A DNA stretch of 64,000 nt from the NCBI GenBank assembly GCA_033549245.1, contig JAWSUW010000001.1, positions 1,755 to 65,754 on the forward strand, given 5' to 3'. The notes under the pieces were generated by a model. That model did not search any database. It saw nothing but the letters and a program-made list of their open reading frames with translations, and was not told where the DNA came from. The position numbers were made by a program, and so were the translations under genes. The stretch is from Bacillota bacterium (GTDB lineage Bacteria > Bacillota > Clostridia > Peptostreptococcales > Acidaminobacteraceae). This document shows positions 9,274 to 18,876 of this stretch, piece after piece; position 1 is the stretch's first letter, and each line of letters begins with the position of its first letter.

Positions 9274-10653
9274 ATGAAAGTAGATCTATTGGTTGCTGAA
9301 ATCGGAAGTACGACTACTGTCGTCAACGCTTTTAATGGTATAGACACTGATTTTCCTGCCTTTATCGGGCAGGGACAATCTCCGACTACGGTAAAAGAAG
9401 GTGATGTCACAATCGGTCTTCATACGGCCATTGACCATCTAAAGAAAAATATGAACTGGGATTCGGTTGAGTACGGCAAACTCTTGGCCACAAGCAGTGC
9501 CGCTGGCGGTCTGAAAATGACTGTTCATGGTCTTGTTTATGACATGACGGCTAAAGCCGCCAAGGAAGCCGCTCTCGGCGCAGGTGCCAATATCCATCTC
9601 GTGACGGCGGGAAGACTCAGACCATCCGATATGAAGAAAATTGAAAAAATAAGACCCAACATCATAATGATCGCCGGTGGCGTCGATTATGGTGAGAGGG
9701 ATACAGCACTATACAATGCAGAAAAAATTGTCGAACTGGATTTTGATGTTCCAGTGCTCTATGCGGGTAATGTCGACAATCAGGACGATATCCGAATGAT
9801 CTTTGAAGATGCGGGTAAGGCGGATTGGCTTTTTGTGGTGGACAATGTCTATCCGAAGATCGATTTGCTCAATGTTGAACCTTCAAGAAAAGTTCTTCAG
9901 GATATTTTTGAGGAGCACATCGTCCATGCTCCCGGCATGGAACATATTCGTGAGATGGTTACAGGTACGATCATTCCGACGCCTGGAGCGGTTATGGAGG
10001 CGTCAAAGCTTTTGAAGGAAGACTTGGGAGATTTGATGACTGTGGACGTCGGTGGTGCGACTACTGACATTCACTCGGTGACTGAAGGCAGTGAAGAGGT
10101 GGCAAGAGTTCTGATCAGTCCTGAACCTGTTGCGAAAAGAACAGTTGAGGGCGACCTCGGTGTTTATGTGAATATGCGCAACATCGTTGAGATGATTGGT
10201 CGCGAAAAATTGACTTCGGATCTTAAATTGCCGGAAGATGTCGTCCATGAACTCATTGAAAACCATGTGCCGATACCGACTGAACAACTTCAAATCGACT
10301 TTGTTGAGCGCCTTACAAAAGAGGCAATCGTCACATCTGCCAACAGACATGCAGGAGGCTTCAGAGTCATGTATGGCGGTGGAGGTAAAAAATCATATGC
10401 AGAAGGCAAGGATTTGACCAGCATCAAGTACATCGTCGGAACTGGTGGTGCATGTACAAGATTGCCAAATCGCGTTGCGCTGCTTAAAGAAATCACCAAG
10501 AATATCTTGGGTGACAAACTGCTTCCGAACGAAGATGTTGAAATACTTATCGACAATGACTATATAATGGCTTCTCTAGGGGTGCTTTCCATCGAACATA
10601 AGGAATCTGCCCTGAGGTTGCTTAAGAAATCATTGGGATTGATTGAATTGTAG
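9274..10653 (+). CDS. GlmL/MutL-like reactivating factor of ornithine aminomutase
   Basis: ASKHA motifs EIGSTTT, SSAAGGL, VDVGGATTD and KRTVEGDLG; follows oraE. Confidence 0.88.
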   Translation: MKVDLLVAEIGSTTTVVNAFNGIDTDFPAFIGQGQSPTTVKEGDVTIGLHTAIDHLKKNMNWDSVEYGKLLATSSAAGGLKMTVHGLVYDMTAKAAKEAALGAGANIHLVTAGRLRPSDMKKIEKIRPNIIMIAGGVDYGERDTALYNAEKIVELDFDVPVLYAGNVDNQDDIRMIFEDAGKADWLFVVDNVYPKIDLLNVEPSRKVLQDIFEEHIVHAPGMEHIREMVTGTIIPTPGAVMEASKLLKEDLGDLMTVDVGGATTDIHSVTEGSEEVARVLISPEPVAKRTVEGDLGVYVNMRNIVEMIGREKLTSDLKLPEDVVHELIENHVPIPTEQLQIDFVERLTKEAIVTSANRHAGGFRVMYGGGGKKSYAEGKDLTSIKYIVGTGGACTRLPNRVALLKEITKNILGDKLLPNEDVEILIDNDYIMASLGVLSIEHKESALRLLKKSLGLIEL

Positions 10654-10665
10654 ATGGAGGGGAAC

Positions 10666-11724
10666 ATGTATCCAAGAGTGGTCATCAATAAGAAGAAATT
10701 GTATGAGAATTCAAAAGTCGTTGTGGACATGGCCGGCAAGCAAGGCATAGATGTCTATGCGGTGACGAAAGTATATTGTGGCATCAAGGAACTCGCTGAA
10801 GAAAGCATAAGGGCGGGAGTGGTCGGAATCGCGGATTCGAGAGTGGAAAATCTGATCCAAATGAAAGCTCTTGATGTCCCGAAGATGCTGCTTAGATTGC
10901 CTATGGGCTGTGAAGCGGATCAAGTCGTGAAGTATGCCGATGTGAGCCTCAATTCAGAACTTTCGACCCTGTTGCAGCTGAATGATGCCGCTGAAAAAAA
11001 CGGTAAAAAGCACGGTGTCATTCTCATGATCGATCTGGGTGATCTAAGAGAAGGCATTCTGCCTGAACAGGTGGATGAAATAGTACCTGAAATCCTAAAA
11101 CTTAAAAACCTGGAGCTTGAAGGGGTCGGCGTCAACCTGACCTGTTATGGTGGTGTTATTCCGAATCCGGTGAATCTAGGTGAATTGAGCCAAATATCAA
11201 GTGATATCGAAACCAAATATGGCATCACTCTCAAAGTCGTTTCTGGAGGCAATTCCAGCAGTCTTTATTTACTGGACAGAGGCGATATGCCAGGGCGAAT
11301 CAACCAACTCAGAGTGGGTGAGGCGATTGTCCTTGGTAGGGAAACTGCCTATGGTGATCCAATCCCAGGAACACATGATGACGTTTTTGTTTTAGAGGCG
11401 AAAATCATTGAACTGAAAGAGAAAGCCTCCATCCCAAGAGGCGAAATCGGGATGGACGCATTCGGAAACAAACCGACGTTCGAGGACAAGGGACAGATGA
11501 AACGCGCTATCGTTGCAATTGGACGACAAGATGTGGAACCGTCTGGTCTGATGCCATTCGATGATAAGATTGAAATCATTGGTGCTTCCAGTGACCATAT
11601 GATTTTGGATATGACTCATGTGAATGCTGGTTATTCAGTGGGTGATGTGGTCAAATTTAGAATGGATTACGGTGCGATGCTGAGACTGTTCACTTCGCAT
11701 TACGTAAATAAAGTTACTGAATGA
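10666..11724 (+). CDS. orr: Ornithine racemase
   Basis: Alanine-racemase fold (AVTK PLP lysine, DLGDLREG, SGGNSSS, GASSDH); operon context. Confidence 0.9.
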   Translation: MYPRVVINKKKLYENSKVVVDMAGKQGIDVYAVTKVYCGIKELAEESIRAGVVGIADSRVENLIQMKALDVPKMLLRLPMGCEADQVVKYADVSLNSELSTLLQLNDAAEKNGKKHGVILMIDLGDLREGILPEQVDEIVPEILKLKNLELEGVGVNLTCYGGVIPNPVNLGELSQISSDIETKYGITLKVVSGGNSSSLYLLDRGDMPGRINQLRVGEAIVLGRETAYGDPIPGTHDDVFVLEAKIIELKEKASIPRGEIGMDAFGNKPTFEDKGQMKRAIVAIGRQDVEPSGLMPFDDKIEIIGASSDHMILDMTHVNAGYSVGDVVKFRMDYGAMLRLFTSHYVNKVTE

Positions 11725-11728
11725 TGAT

Positions 11729-11840
11729 TGGGGACAGGTCAGAAATGGAAAAACAAATGGGGACAGGTCCAAATCGGTACCTAGCTATGCTAGGTACCGA
11801 TTAAGACCCGTCCCCATTCACCACTTCAGACCTGTCCCCA
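11729..11840. repeat. Triple-nested palindrome built from REP-like TGGGGACAGGTC units
   Basis: Outer arms 11729-11740/11829-11840 (perfect), middle arms 11756-11769/11805-11818 (1 mismatch), inner perfect 14-bp arms 11772-11785/11789-11802. Confidence 0.9.
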
Positions 11841-11902
11841 TTTTTATGAGTTTATAACCCCTCCGTAGGGTATAATGTCAAAAACACCATAAGGAGGTTC
11901 CT

Positions 11903-13072
11903 TTGAAAACTATCTTATTTGTAGATGACGAAGTAAATATTCTGAACGCCCTGAAAAGACTTTTCAGAAACCTTGAATTTGAATGTTATTATGCCCAAAA
12001 CATAAAAGAAGTAGTGAAAGTTTTATTTGAGGTCGACAAGATCGACATGCTCATTACAGACATCAAGATGCCAGAGTTTGACGGGCTTAGGGTGCTAAAA
12101 CTTTTCAAACAGGCTTCACCTGACACAATCAGGGTCGCACTGAGCGGATATGCATCAACCAGGAGCATCACGGAAGCTGTCAGTAAAAATCTGGCCAAAC
12201 AGTATTTTTATAAACCCTGGAAAAACGAAGAGCTCATCGAGTATATCAGAAAAATGTTCTTGCTTGAGGAAAAGCTGAAAAATGTGAACCTCTTTGAAGT
12301 TGTGCACAAATTTGAAAAGATCAAAACTATTCCGCGACTTTTCAATGAAGTTTCCATGGCCATCCAAAAAGACGACAGCATCGAAGAAATCTCAGAAATG
12401 ATTGAAAAAGATCCTGCCATAGCAGCAAATATCCTCAGAATATCAAATTCGGCATTTTATGCCGCTAGAACCGGAAATTTGCAACAAGCCATCATGTACA
12501 TAGGTCTCAACAATCTCAAGCAAATCATACTGACCTACGAGATCTCCAATTTTAAAATGAAATATTTTGAAAAGAGCGCCTCCATTTGGGCGCACTCAAC
12601 AGAGACCAATAAAATCTTCCAGGAAATCTACGAGAAATACTACAACAAGAAGATTCCATCTGTTATCGGCACGGCTGGTCTGATGCACGATATAGGAAAA
12701 ATACTCATGTTGCAAATTTTTGGCTTGTCCTATTTCGACAATGTTTTACAAAGCCAGGACAATACAGACGTTCTTTTAACACGTGAGATTGAACATTATG
12801 AGATCGATCATAGTACCCTCGGAGGCTACTTCTTGAATTGGTGGTCATTTCCACTAGACATCATTGAAATGACCATGTATCATCATGATCCATCAAACCC
12901 GGACATCATCAACAAGGAACTTGTGGCATTGATGTGTATCGCTTCACAAATCGATAGTAGAGATTCTGTGCTCAGACTGGAAAGTTACAAAACATCCTGC
13001 AAAATACTTGGCATAGAAGATGATTATTTTGATACAATAGAAAAAAAGTATGAGTTGGAACGCTCACAATAA
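11903..13072 (+). CDS. Response regulator with HDOD output domain
   Basis: REC motifs FVDDE, ITDIKMP, KPW; HDOD motifs DPAIAANILRISNSAFY, GLMHDIGK, HH. TTG start after AAGGAGG. Confidence 0.9.
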   Translation: MKTILFVDDEVNILNALKRLFRNLEFECYYAQNIKEVVKVLFEVDKIDMLITDIKMPEFDGLRVLKLFKQASPDTIRVALSGYASTRSITEAVSKNLAKQYFYKPWKNEELIEYIRKMFLLEEKLKNVNLFEVVHKFEKIKTIPRLFNEVSMAIQKDDSIEEISEMIEKDPAIAANILRISNSAFYAARTGNLQQAIMYIGLNNLKQIILTYEISNFKMKYFEKSASIWAHSTETNKIFQEIYEKYYNKKIPSVIGTAGLMHDIGKILMLQIFGLSYFDNVLQSQDNTDVLLTREIEHYEIDHSTLGGYFLNWWSFPLDIIEMTMYHHDPSNPDIINKELVALMCIASQIDSRDSVLRLESYKTSCKILGIEDDYFDTIEKKYELERSQ

Positions 13073-13086
13073 TCGGAAGGTGAATT

Positions 13087-14160
13087 ATGGTTGATTATGA
13101 GAAGTATACGGTATTGATTGTAGATGACGAGATGAACATACTAAAAGCTCTGAAACGTGATTTGAGAAACGAGCCGTATAAAATGCGATTTGCCAGCTCT
13201 GGTGCCGACGCACTTCAGGTGTTTGCAGAGGAAGGTGAAATCAGTGTCATTCTGACCGACATGAGAATGCCTGGAATGACAGGACTTGAATTGCTCGACA
13301 AGATCAATGCAATCAGTCCTGATACCGTTAAACTAGTGCTCACCGGATATACGCAGATGCCACAGATTTTAGCTACAGTCAATAAAGTTGATATCTATAA
13401 GTTTTTGACCAAACCATGGGACATCGAAAATGAGATCAAGGTCTATCTTCGGGAAGCGATTGAAATCTATGAGGAAAGAAAAATCATGGGTGACAGTTTC
13501 AGGTCCCAAGAACAAAAGAACAAGATCTTCAATAAGATGTTGGTGGAAAGCTATGAGAAATCAGATTATATGTCACACCTATATGAAGAGCTCATCAAAG
13601 CTTACAATTATCACAATCTATTGACACTGCAGGAACTCAATGCGCTTCACGAAGGTGACCAATTTGAGGAGATGAAGAAAAAAACTTTGGAACAAATCAA
13701 GAATAGAGTGTATTATCTGAATCGGATTTTCGATTTCGGAAAACAGGTGTTTAAAGCGTTTGATATCTACGATATCAAACATGCGCTTCAGAAAAGGCTG
13801 GGTGAGATCGGCTGTAATGATGTATTGGTCGAAGTTGAGGACAATGCGCAGCAAATCACATTCATGGACAACTTCAAACTTTTGACCAATGTGTTTACGG
13901 ATATACTGGATTGGATTATCTCCAAGGAATCAAAACCCATCAAAATATTCATAAAGCAACACCCCAATAAAAATATTGTGGTAGTGATGTTTGAGGTGGA
14001 TTGCGAGGTCACTGAGGCCTTTAAAAGCACAGTTGAAAGCCAAGGCAAGTTCGTCCAGCATGTGGTTCAAAGTGTCGGAGGCAAAGTGAAGTTTTATGAA
14101 GACGATAAGCAATTCGCAGTTAAAATGTTGTTTCCTGTGAAGGTGAAATCTGAACAATGA
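13087..14160 (+). CDS. Response regulator with unassigned C-terminal domain
   Basis: REC motifs IVDDE, LTDMRMP, LTKPW. C-terminal ~230 aa not recognised. Confidence 0.85.
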   Translation: MVDYEKYTVLIVDDEMNILKALKRDLRNEPYKMRFASSGADALQVFAEEGEISVILTDMRMPGMTGLELLDKINAISPDTVKLVLTGYTQMPQILATVNKVDIYKFLTKPWDIENEIKVYLREAIEIYEERKIMGDSFRSQEQKNKIFNKMLVESYEKSDYMSHLYEELIKAYNYHNLLTLQELNALHEGDQFEEMKKKTLEQIKNRVYYLNRIFDFGKQVFKAFDIYDIKHALQKRLGEIGCNDVLVEVEDNAQQITFMDNFKLLTNVFTDILDWIISKESKPIKIFIKQHPNKNIVVVMFEVDCEVTEAFKSTVESQGKFVQHVVQSVGGKVKFYEDDKQFAVKMLFPVKVKSEQ

Positions 14161-14205
14161 AAACAAATGGGGACAGGTCCAAATTAAACCTGTCCCCATT
14201 TGTTT
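14161..14205. repeat. REP-like perfect 18-bp inverted repeat between convergent genes (probably also a bidirectional terminator)
   Basis: AAACAAATGGGGACAGGT-N9-ACCTGTCCCCATTTGTTT. 25 bp at 14160-14184 are identical to 11750-11774. Confidence 0.9.
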
Positions 14206-14215
14206 ATCTTTTAAA

Positions 14216-14797
14216 TTATTCCGCTTTCCAAGCCTCAAAGCCTTCCATGACTTTTTCAAATGTCTGCTTTGATATTTCAGGGAGTTCTCCGCCAAACGCT
14301 TCCTTGGCAGCTTCAAAACCTTCTTTGAATGCCCCAATCAATGTATCGATTTTGGATTTGTCGCCTCCGGAAATTGTTTTTGCAAATTCCAGAATACGTT
14401 CAGATGTTTTGTTGACACCCCAGTAACCGTCTTCGGAGATGGCTTCCTGCGCACTTTGTCTGGTTTCGGCGTCTACCGTGATGGTGACTTCCTCGCCATT
14501 TGCAAGTGCCTTAAGTATTTCACCAACATTACCGCCTTGCTTTTCAATCATGGATCTGACCATGACCTTGAATGATTCGGTATTCTTATGGAATTCCTGT
14601 TTGATTTGTGCGAGTTTTTTGGTGTCGATTTTATATGTGCCGAAATCTTCCTGTCCTTTGTTGCCCAAACTGAGTTCATCGACAGGTGCATTCACCTGTG
14701 ATACTTTTGGGTCTTCGCCGAACCGATTGTGGGCTGAATTTGAATGTTGTTGAATATTCGCATGTTCCATAGATTTACCAAGTTGTTTTATGTCCAT
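14216..14797 (-). CDS. Conserved hypothetical protein (DUF5610-like), candidate flagellar late-regulon member
   Basis: Strong AAGGAGG RBS; conserved-looking C-terminus GYWGVNKTSERILEFAK...GFEAAKEAFGGELP; sigma-28-type promoter upstream. Confidence 0.75.
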   Translation of the reverse strand: MDIKQLGKSMEHANIQQHSNSAHNRFGEDPKVSQVNAPVDELSLGNKGQEDFGTYKIDTKKLAQIKQEFHKNTESFKVMVRSMIEKQGGNVGEILKALANGEEVTITVDAETRQSAQEAISEDGYWGVNKTSERILEFAKTISGGDKSKIDTLIGAFKEGFEAAKEAFGGELPEISKQTFEKVMEGFEAWKAE

Positions 14798-14802
14798 AAG
14801 TA

Positions 14803-14860
14803 TTCCTCCTTGAAGACAAACGTGATAAAATGAAGTTAACTTCTAAGTTGCATCCTTGCA
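14803..14860 (-). promoter_or_regulatory. Two putative CsrA-binding GGA stem-loops in the 5' leader
   Basis: Minus strand TGC-AAGGAT-GCA (14860-14849) and TTC-AAGGAG-GAA (14814-14803, overlapping the SD). Both fit CAnGGAnG. Confidence 0.6.
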
Positions 14861-14867
14861 TTTAGAT

Positions 14868-14895
14868 TTATCGGCATTTACTCGTGAAATCTTTA
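14868..14895 (-). promoter_or_regulatory. Sigma-28 (SigD/FliA) promoter
   Basis: Minus strand TAAA-N16-GCCGATAA. Confidence 0.8.
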
Positions 14896-14932
14896 AGACT
14901 TTTGGTCAAATAAAGAAAGAAGAAGGTGGAGT

Positions 14933-15583
14933 ATGATCCAGAAACAGCTTTTGTCTGAAAAAATCGCAGAAAACATCGGCAAATCCATAGTGGGAGGGTT
15001 TTACAAAATTGGAGACCAGATGCCCAATGAAATGGAACTCTCAGAAGAACTCGGTATTTCAAGAGCCACTCTCAGGGAGGCGATAAAGATATTGATCAGC
15101 CAAAATGTGCTCGAGGTAAGACGAGGCATTGGTACCTTTGTTTCCCATACGCCGGGGCTCAGTACGGATCCTCTCGGACTTGACTATATATTGATTGCAG
15201 GCGAAAAAAGGGAAGTCGTGAAATGGGCAAAGCGTGTTCATGCGGATGCGGCCGAACACCTTCATCTTTTTGGTGAAGAGGAAAGGGCAATTTGGATCGG
15301 AAAACAGGATATTTTGACAGTGAATCAGCTTGTTTCTAGAATGTGCGACATAAGTGAGACCATTTTTTTAAGACTTGAAATGCAATTTGGATACAGAATG
15401 GTGAAAATAGTTGATGATGCATTACGCCGTTTGACTGGTGAATTTCAGATTCAGTACAATTCATCCATCAAGGACTATTGTTCTAAATACGTGGATGCGA
15501 TTATAATTGGTGACAAAGATAAAACGGCAGCTGCGGTAAGCAGTATGCTGGATTTGATTTTGATACAAATGGAAGAGGCATAA
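14933..15583 (+). CDS. GntR/FadR family transcriptional regulator
   Basis: wHTH MPNEMELSEELGISRATLREAIKIL...RRGIGTFV; divergent C-terminal domain. Confidence 0.85.
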   Translation: MIQKQLLSEKIAENIGKSIVGGFYKIGDQMPNEMELSEELGISRATLREAIKILISQNVLEVRRGIGTFVSHTPGLSTDPLGLDYILIAGEKREVVKWAKRVHADAAEHLHLFGEEERAIWIGKQDILTVNQLVSRMCDISETIFLRLEMQFGYRMVKIVDDALRRLTGEFQIQYNSSIKDYCSKYVDAIIIGDKDKTAAAVSSMLDLILIQMEEA

Positions 15584-15587
15584 TATT

Positions 15588-16922
15588 ATGGATATGTTTG
15601 AAATGCTCGCTCAAAAGCAGCTTGAGAACCAGGCTCCCTTAGCTGAGCGAATGAAACCGGAGTCGCTGGATGACTTCTTTGGGCAAGAAAAGATTTTGGG
15701 CAGTGAGAAATTATTGACCAAACTCATCAAAACAGACCGTTTGGGATCGATTTTACTGTATGGCCCTCCGGGAAGCGGCAAGACGTCACTGGCAAAAATC
15801 ATCGCCAAGACTACAGAGGCGGCCTTTATGAGTCTCAATGCCGTCACAGCGGGAGTCAAAGATATCCGCGAAATGGTTCAGGTTGCAAAAGATAATTTGG
15901 CTATGTATCAAAAAAGGACGCTCCTATTTATAGATGAGATCCATAGATTCAACAAGAGCCAGCAGGATGCTTTGCTTCCATTCGTCGAGGATGGGACGAT
16001 CATACTCATTGGTGCGACAACAGAAAATCCTTATTTTGAAGTGAATGGTGCCTTGATTTCCAGATCATCCGTCTTCAGGATGGAGAAGCTGACGGTTGAG
16101 AACCTTATGAGTATTATGCTTAGAGCTCTAAAGGATGAACAAAAAGGGCTTGGAGGTTTGAGTGTCAAGATATCCGAGGAAGTTCTCCTATACATCGCAG
16201 AAATGTCATCAGGTGATGCCAGACGTGCCCTCAATATATTGGAACTTTCTGTACTTTCAAAAGCAGACCTTTCAGATGAACTCGTCATTACTTTTGATGA
16301 TGTCGATGAATGCATGCAGATGAAACATACCCCATATGACAAAGATGGAGACAATCATTACGATAACACTTCAGCGTTTATCAAGAGTATGCGTGGATCG
16401 GACCCTGATGCGGCACTTTTTTATCTCGGTAAAATGATTTATGGTGGAGAAGATCCAAGATTTATCGCCAGAAGAATTGTCATTTGCGCTTCTGAGGATG
16501 TCGGAAATGCCGATCCAATGGCTCTTGTCGTGGCGAACAGTGCCGCACAGGCAGTGGACTTCATAGGGATGCCGGAAGGCAGGATTCTGCTGGCTCAAGC
16601 CGCTTCATATGTGGCGTCAGCACCCAAATCCAATGCATCCTATATGGGAATCAATGAAGTCATGAACGATATTGCCACAATGGAAACCGGAACCATGCCT
16701 TATTATTTAAAGGACGGGACGAGTCTGAAACTTGAAAGGCAATATGGTGACACAGGAAAAATGGAAAGATACAAATACCCTCATGATTTTGACCAGAACT
16801 ATGTGAATCAGCAGTATTTACCCGACCGGATCAAAGAAAAAAAATATTACAGTCCTTCTGATAACGGACATGAGAAAATCATCAAAGCATATCTTGAACG
16901 TACGAAATATAACAAACCATAA
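15588..16922 (+). CDS. rarA: Replication-associated recombination protein A
   Basis: [42 protein letters not shown]. Confidence 0.95.
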   Translation: MDMFEMLAQKQLENQAPLAERMKPESLDDFFGQEKILGSEKLLTKLIKTDRLGSILLYGPPGSGKTSLAKIIAKTTEAAFMSLNAVTAGVKDIREMVQVAKDNLAMYQKRTLLFIDEIHRFNKSQQDALLPFVEDGTIILIGATTENPYFEVNGALISRSSVFRMEKLTVENLMSIMLRALKDEQKGLGGLSVKISEEVLLYIAEMSSGDARRALNILELSVLSKADLSDELVITFDDVDECMQMKHTPYDKDGDNHYDNTSAFIKSMRGSDPDAALFYLGKMIYGGEDPRFIARRIVICASEDVGNADPMALVVANSAAQAVDFIGMPEGRILLAQAASYVASAPKSNASYMGINEVMNDIATMETGTMPYYLKDGTSLKLERQYGDTGKMERYKYPHDFDQNYVNQQYLPDRIKEKKYYSPSDNGHEKIIKAYLERTKYNKP

Positions 16923-16971
16923 GATTATCAATACTTTGTAAAGGGTATAAATTTTAAAATGAGATTTCAAT

Positions 16972-18036
16972 ATGAATAAGGTGGTAGTTATGGATAATAA
17001 TAAAGTACTCAATCATTCTGACCTGGCTCTTTTTTGTTACCAATACTCTGTGGTGTTAAAATCTGGGATTCCCTATTTGGAAGCAGTTCATTTATTGGCT
17101 GAAGATGTGATTGATGAAAAGATGAAGAGCTACGCGACCTCGATTGCAGAACAAGTCGAAAAGGGCGTGTTGCTTTCGGAGGCATTTGATCTGCAATCGG
17201 TCTTTCCTGTTTACACCATTGAAATGATAAGAATAGCTGAGATGTCGGGAAAGTTGCCGGAAGTATTTGAAAGGCTTTCAGACTATTACGAACAAAGTGA
17301 TCAGATCAAGCAAAAAATCAAAAGTGCCTTGACCTATCCGGTTGTTCTGATCGCACTGATGACTGGGGTCATCTTGCTGCTTGTCGTAAAGATTTTACCG
17401 ATTTTCCACGATATACTTCTTTCTGTTGGAGGAACAGTTCCAGGTGCAACTCAGGCCATACTCAATGTCAGTATGTGGCTTCAGAGTGGAACTTTCATCA
17501 TACTTGGACTAATCGGACTTGTTGTTATTTCGATTTTGTTTGTGATGAGCAATAAATCACAAAAATCACGCCGCGACAGATGGATGCTTAACCTCCCTGT
17601 TGTCAACAAACTTTACAAACTATCTGTAACCATCAAGTTCGCAAAAGCGTTGTCCATGTTGATCCATAGTGGTATGGACATCGATAAATCTTTTGAGATG
17701 ATTGTTCCTTTGGTGGATAATGAACACATTGCCAATGACTTGAAAGAGAGTCTGGTTTCAATTGAAAATGGTGAAGATTACGAAACTGCACTTAAAAATA
17801 TCGGGGTATTTCCTGAACTGTTTTTGAAGATGATGCGGATTGGACGTAAAACCGGTTCGCTTGAACAGACACTGGATCGCATCTCAGGAATCTATGACAA
17901 GGAACTCACCAGAAAGCTCCAAAAGTTCTCTGCATCAATAGAACCGGCACTTGTGATCATCTTATCGGTTGTGGTTGGAGCCATCATGCTCCTTGTGATG
18001 TTGCCACTCATCAACATTATGTCTTCCATCGGATAG
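16972..18036 (+). CDS. pilC: Type IV pilus / T2SS platform protein (PilC/GspF family)
   Basis: Two T2SSF repeats (KSALTYP..., IEPALVIILSVVVG) with TM helices. Alternative start at 16990. Confidence 0.88.
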   Translation: MNKVVVMDNNKVLNHSDLALFCYQYSVVLKSGIPYLEAVHLLAEDVIDEKMKSYATSIAEQVEKGVLLSEAFDLQSVFPVYTIEMIRIAEMSGKLPEVFERLSDYYEQSDQIKQKIKSALTYPVVLIALMTGVILLLVVKILPIFHDILLSVGGTVPGATQAILNVSMWLQSGTFIILGLIGLVVISILFVMSNKSQKSRRDRWMLNLPVVNKLYKLSVTIKFAKALSMLIHSGMDIDKSFEMIVPLVDNEHIANDLKESLVSIENGEDYETALKNIGVFPELFLKMMRIGRKTGSLEQTLDRISGIYDKELTRKLQKFSASIEPALVIILSVVVGAIMLLVMLPLINIMSSIG

Positions 18037-18042
18037 TGAGGA

Positions 18043-18354
18043 ATGAATATGAGTAAGCTGAATAAAGTTGCATTCACTTTACTTTTGATTATCGTGATTG
18101 CAATCTTCACACAATCCTTCATTGGCGTCAGTCGTTTTGACGGCTATTCTGAAGATGAAAGAATCGAAGCACTTGAGACAGCGGTCACCAAAGCGGCTGT
18201 ACAGTGTTATGCAATAGAAGGCAGCTATCCTCCGGATATTGAATATCTGGCTGAAAATTATGGATTGGTTGTCAACAAGGATGCCTATTTTTATCATTAT
18301 GAGACTGTGGCATCCAACATACTCCCAATCATAGCGGTCTACAAGAAATGGTAG
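18043..18354 (+). CDS. Small pilin-like protein with non-canonical N-terminus
   Basis: KVA|FTLLLII hydrophobic N-terminus without Glu5; CYAIEGSYPP motif resembling pseudopilins; locus context. Confidence 0.6.
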   Translation: MNMSKLNKVAFTLLLIIVIAIFTQSFIGVSRFDGYSEDERIEALETAVTKAAVQCYAIEGSYPPDIEYLAENYGLVVNKDAYFYHYETVASNILPIIAVYKKW

Positions 18355-18361
18355 GTGTCTT

Positions 18362-18862
18362 ATGCTAAAAAAACTGAAAGACAATGAAAAAGGATACAGT
18401 TTGGTTGAGATGGCAGTGGGGATGTTGCTCCTACTCGTTTTCGGTACAGCCCTTTTCACATTGACAGCTTCAAGTGCAGGATCGTATGAGCGCTTGGTGA
18501 ATGAGAAAGAAGTCGATACGGAATTTAGAATCGCCTCATCATACCTGACAACAAAGCTCAGACAAAATGATAGGGCTGGAGCTGTGGAACTGGTCATGCA
18601 AGATAACGAACCAAAAGTCGCCATCAAAATTTCAGAAGAATTGTCCGGAGAAATTTATGAGACATGGATTTATGTGACTGACGGATTTTTAAAAGAAGTC
18701 ATGATTCCATCCGGTATGGAATTTGACGAAGATTTTGCTTTTACAATCGCTGAAATAGATAAAATGGCACTGTTGGATGAAGAAAATGTGATAGGCATCG
18801 AACTGTTCAAAGAAGGATCGGCTTCGCAACTGTTCTGGGTTGCCTTGATGACCGATCGGTAG
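18362..18862 (+). CDS. Prepilin-like protein (DUF4860-like)
   Basis: Class III signal NEKG|YSLVEM followed by a hydrophobic helix. Confidence 0.8.
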   Translation: MLKKLKDNEKGYSLVEMAVGMLLLLVFGTALFTLTASSAGSYERLVNEKEVDTEFRIASSYLTTKLRQNDRAGAVELVMQDNEPKVAIKISEELSGEIYETWIYVTDGFLKEVMIPSGMEFDEDFAFTIAEIDKMALLDEENVIGIELFKEGSASQLFWVALMTDR

Positions 18863-18876
18863 CGGGAGGATCTGAC

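Noticed and set aside
11729-11840. CRISPR mini-array interpretation of the GGGGACAGGTC repeats
   Set aside because: Units are only 12-14 bp, half are inverted, spacing is irregular, and there are no cas genes.
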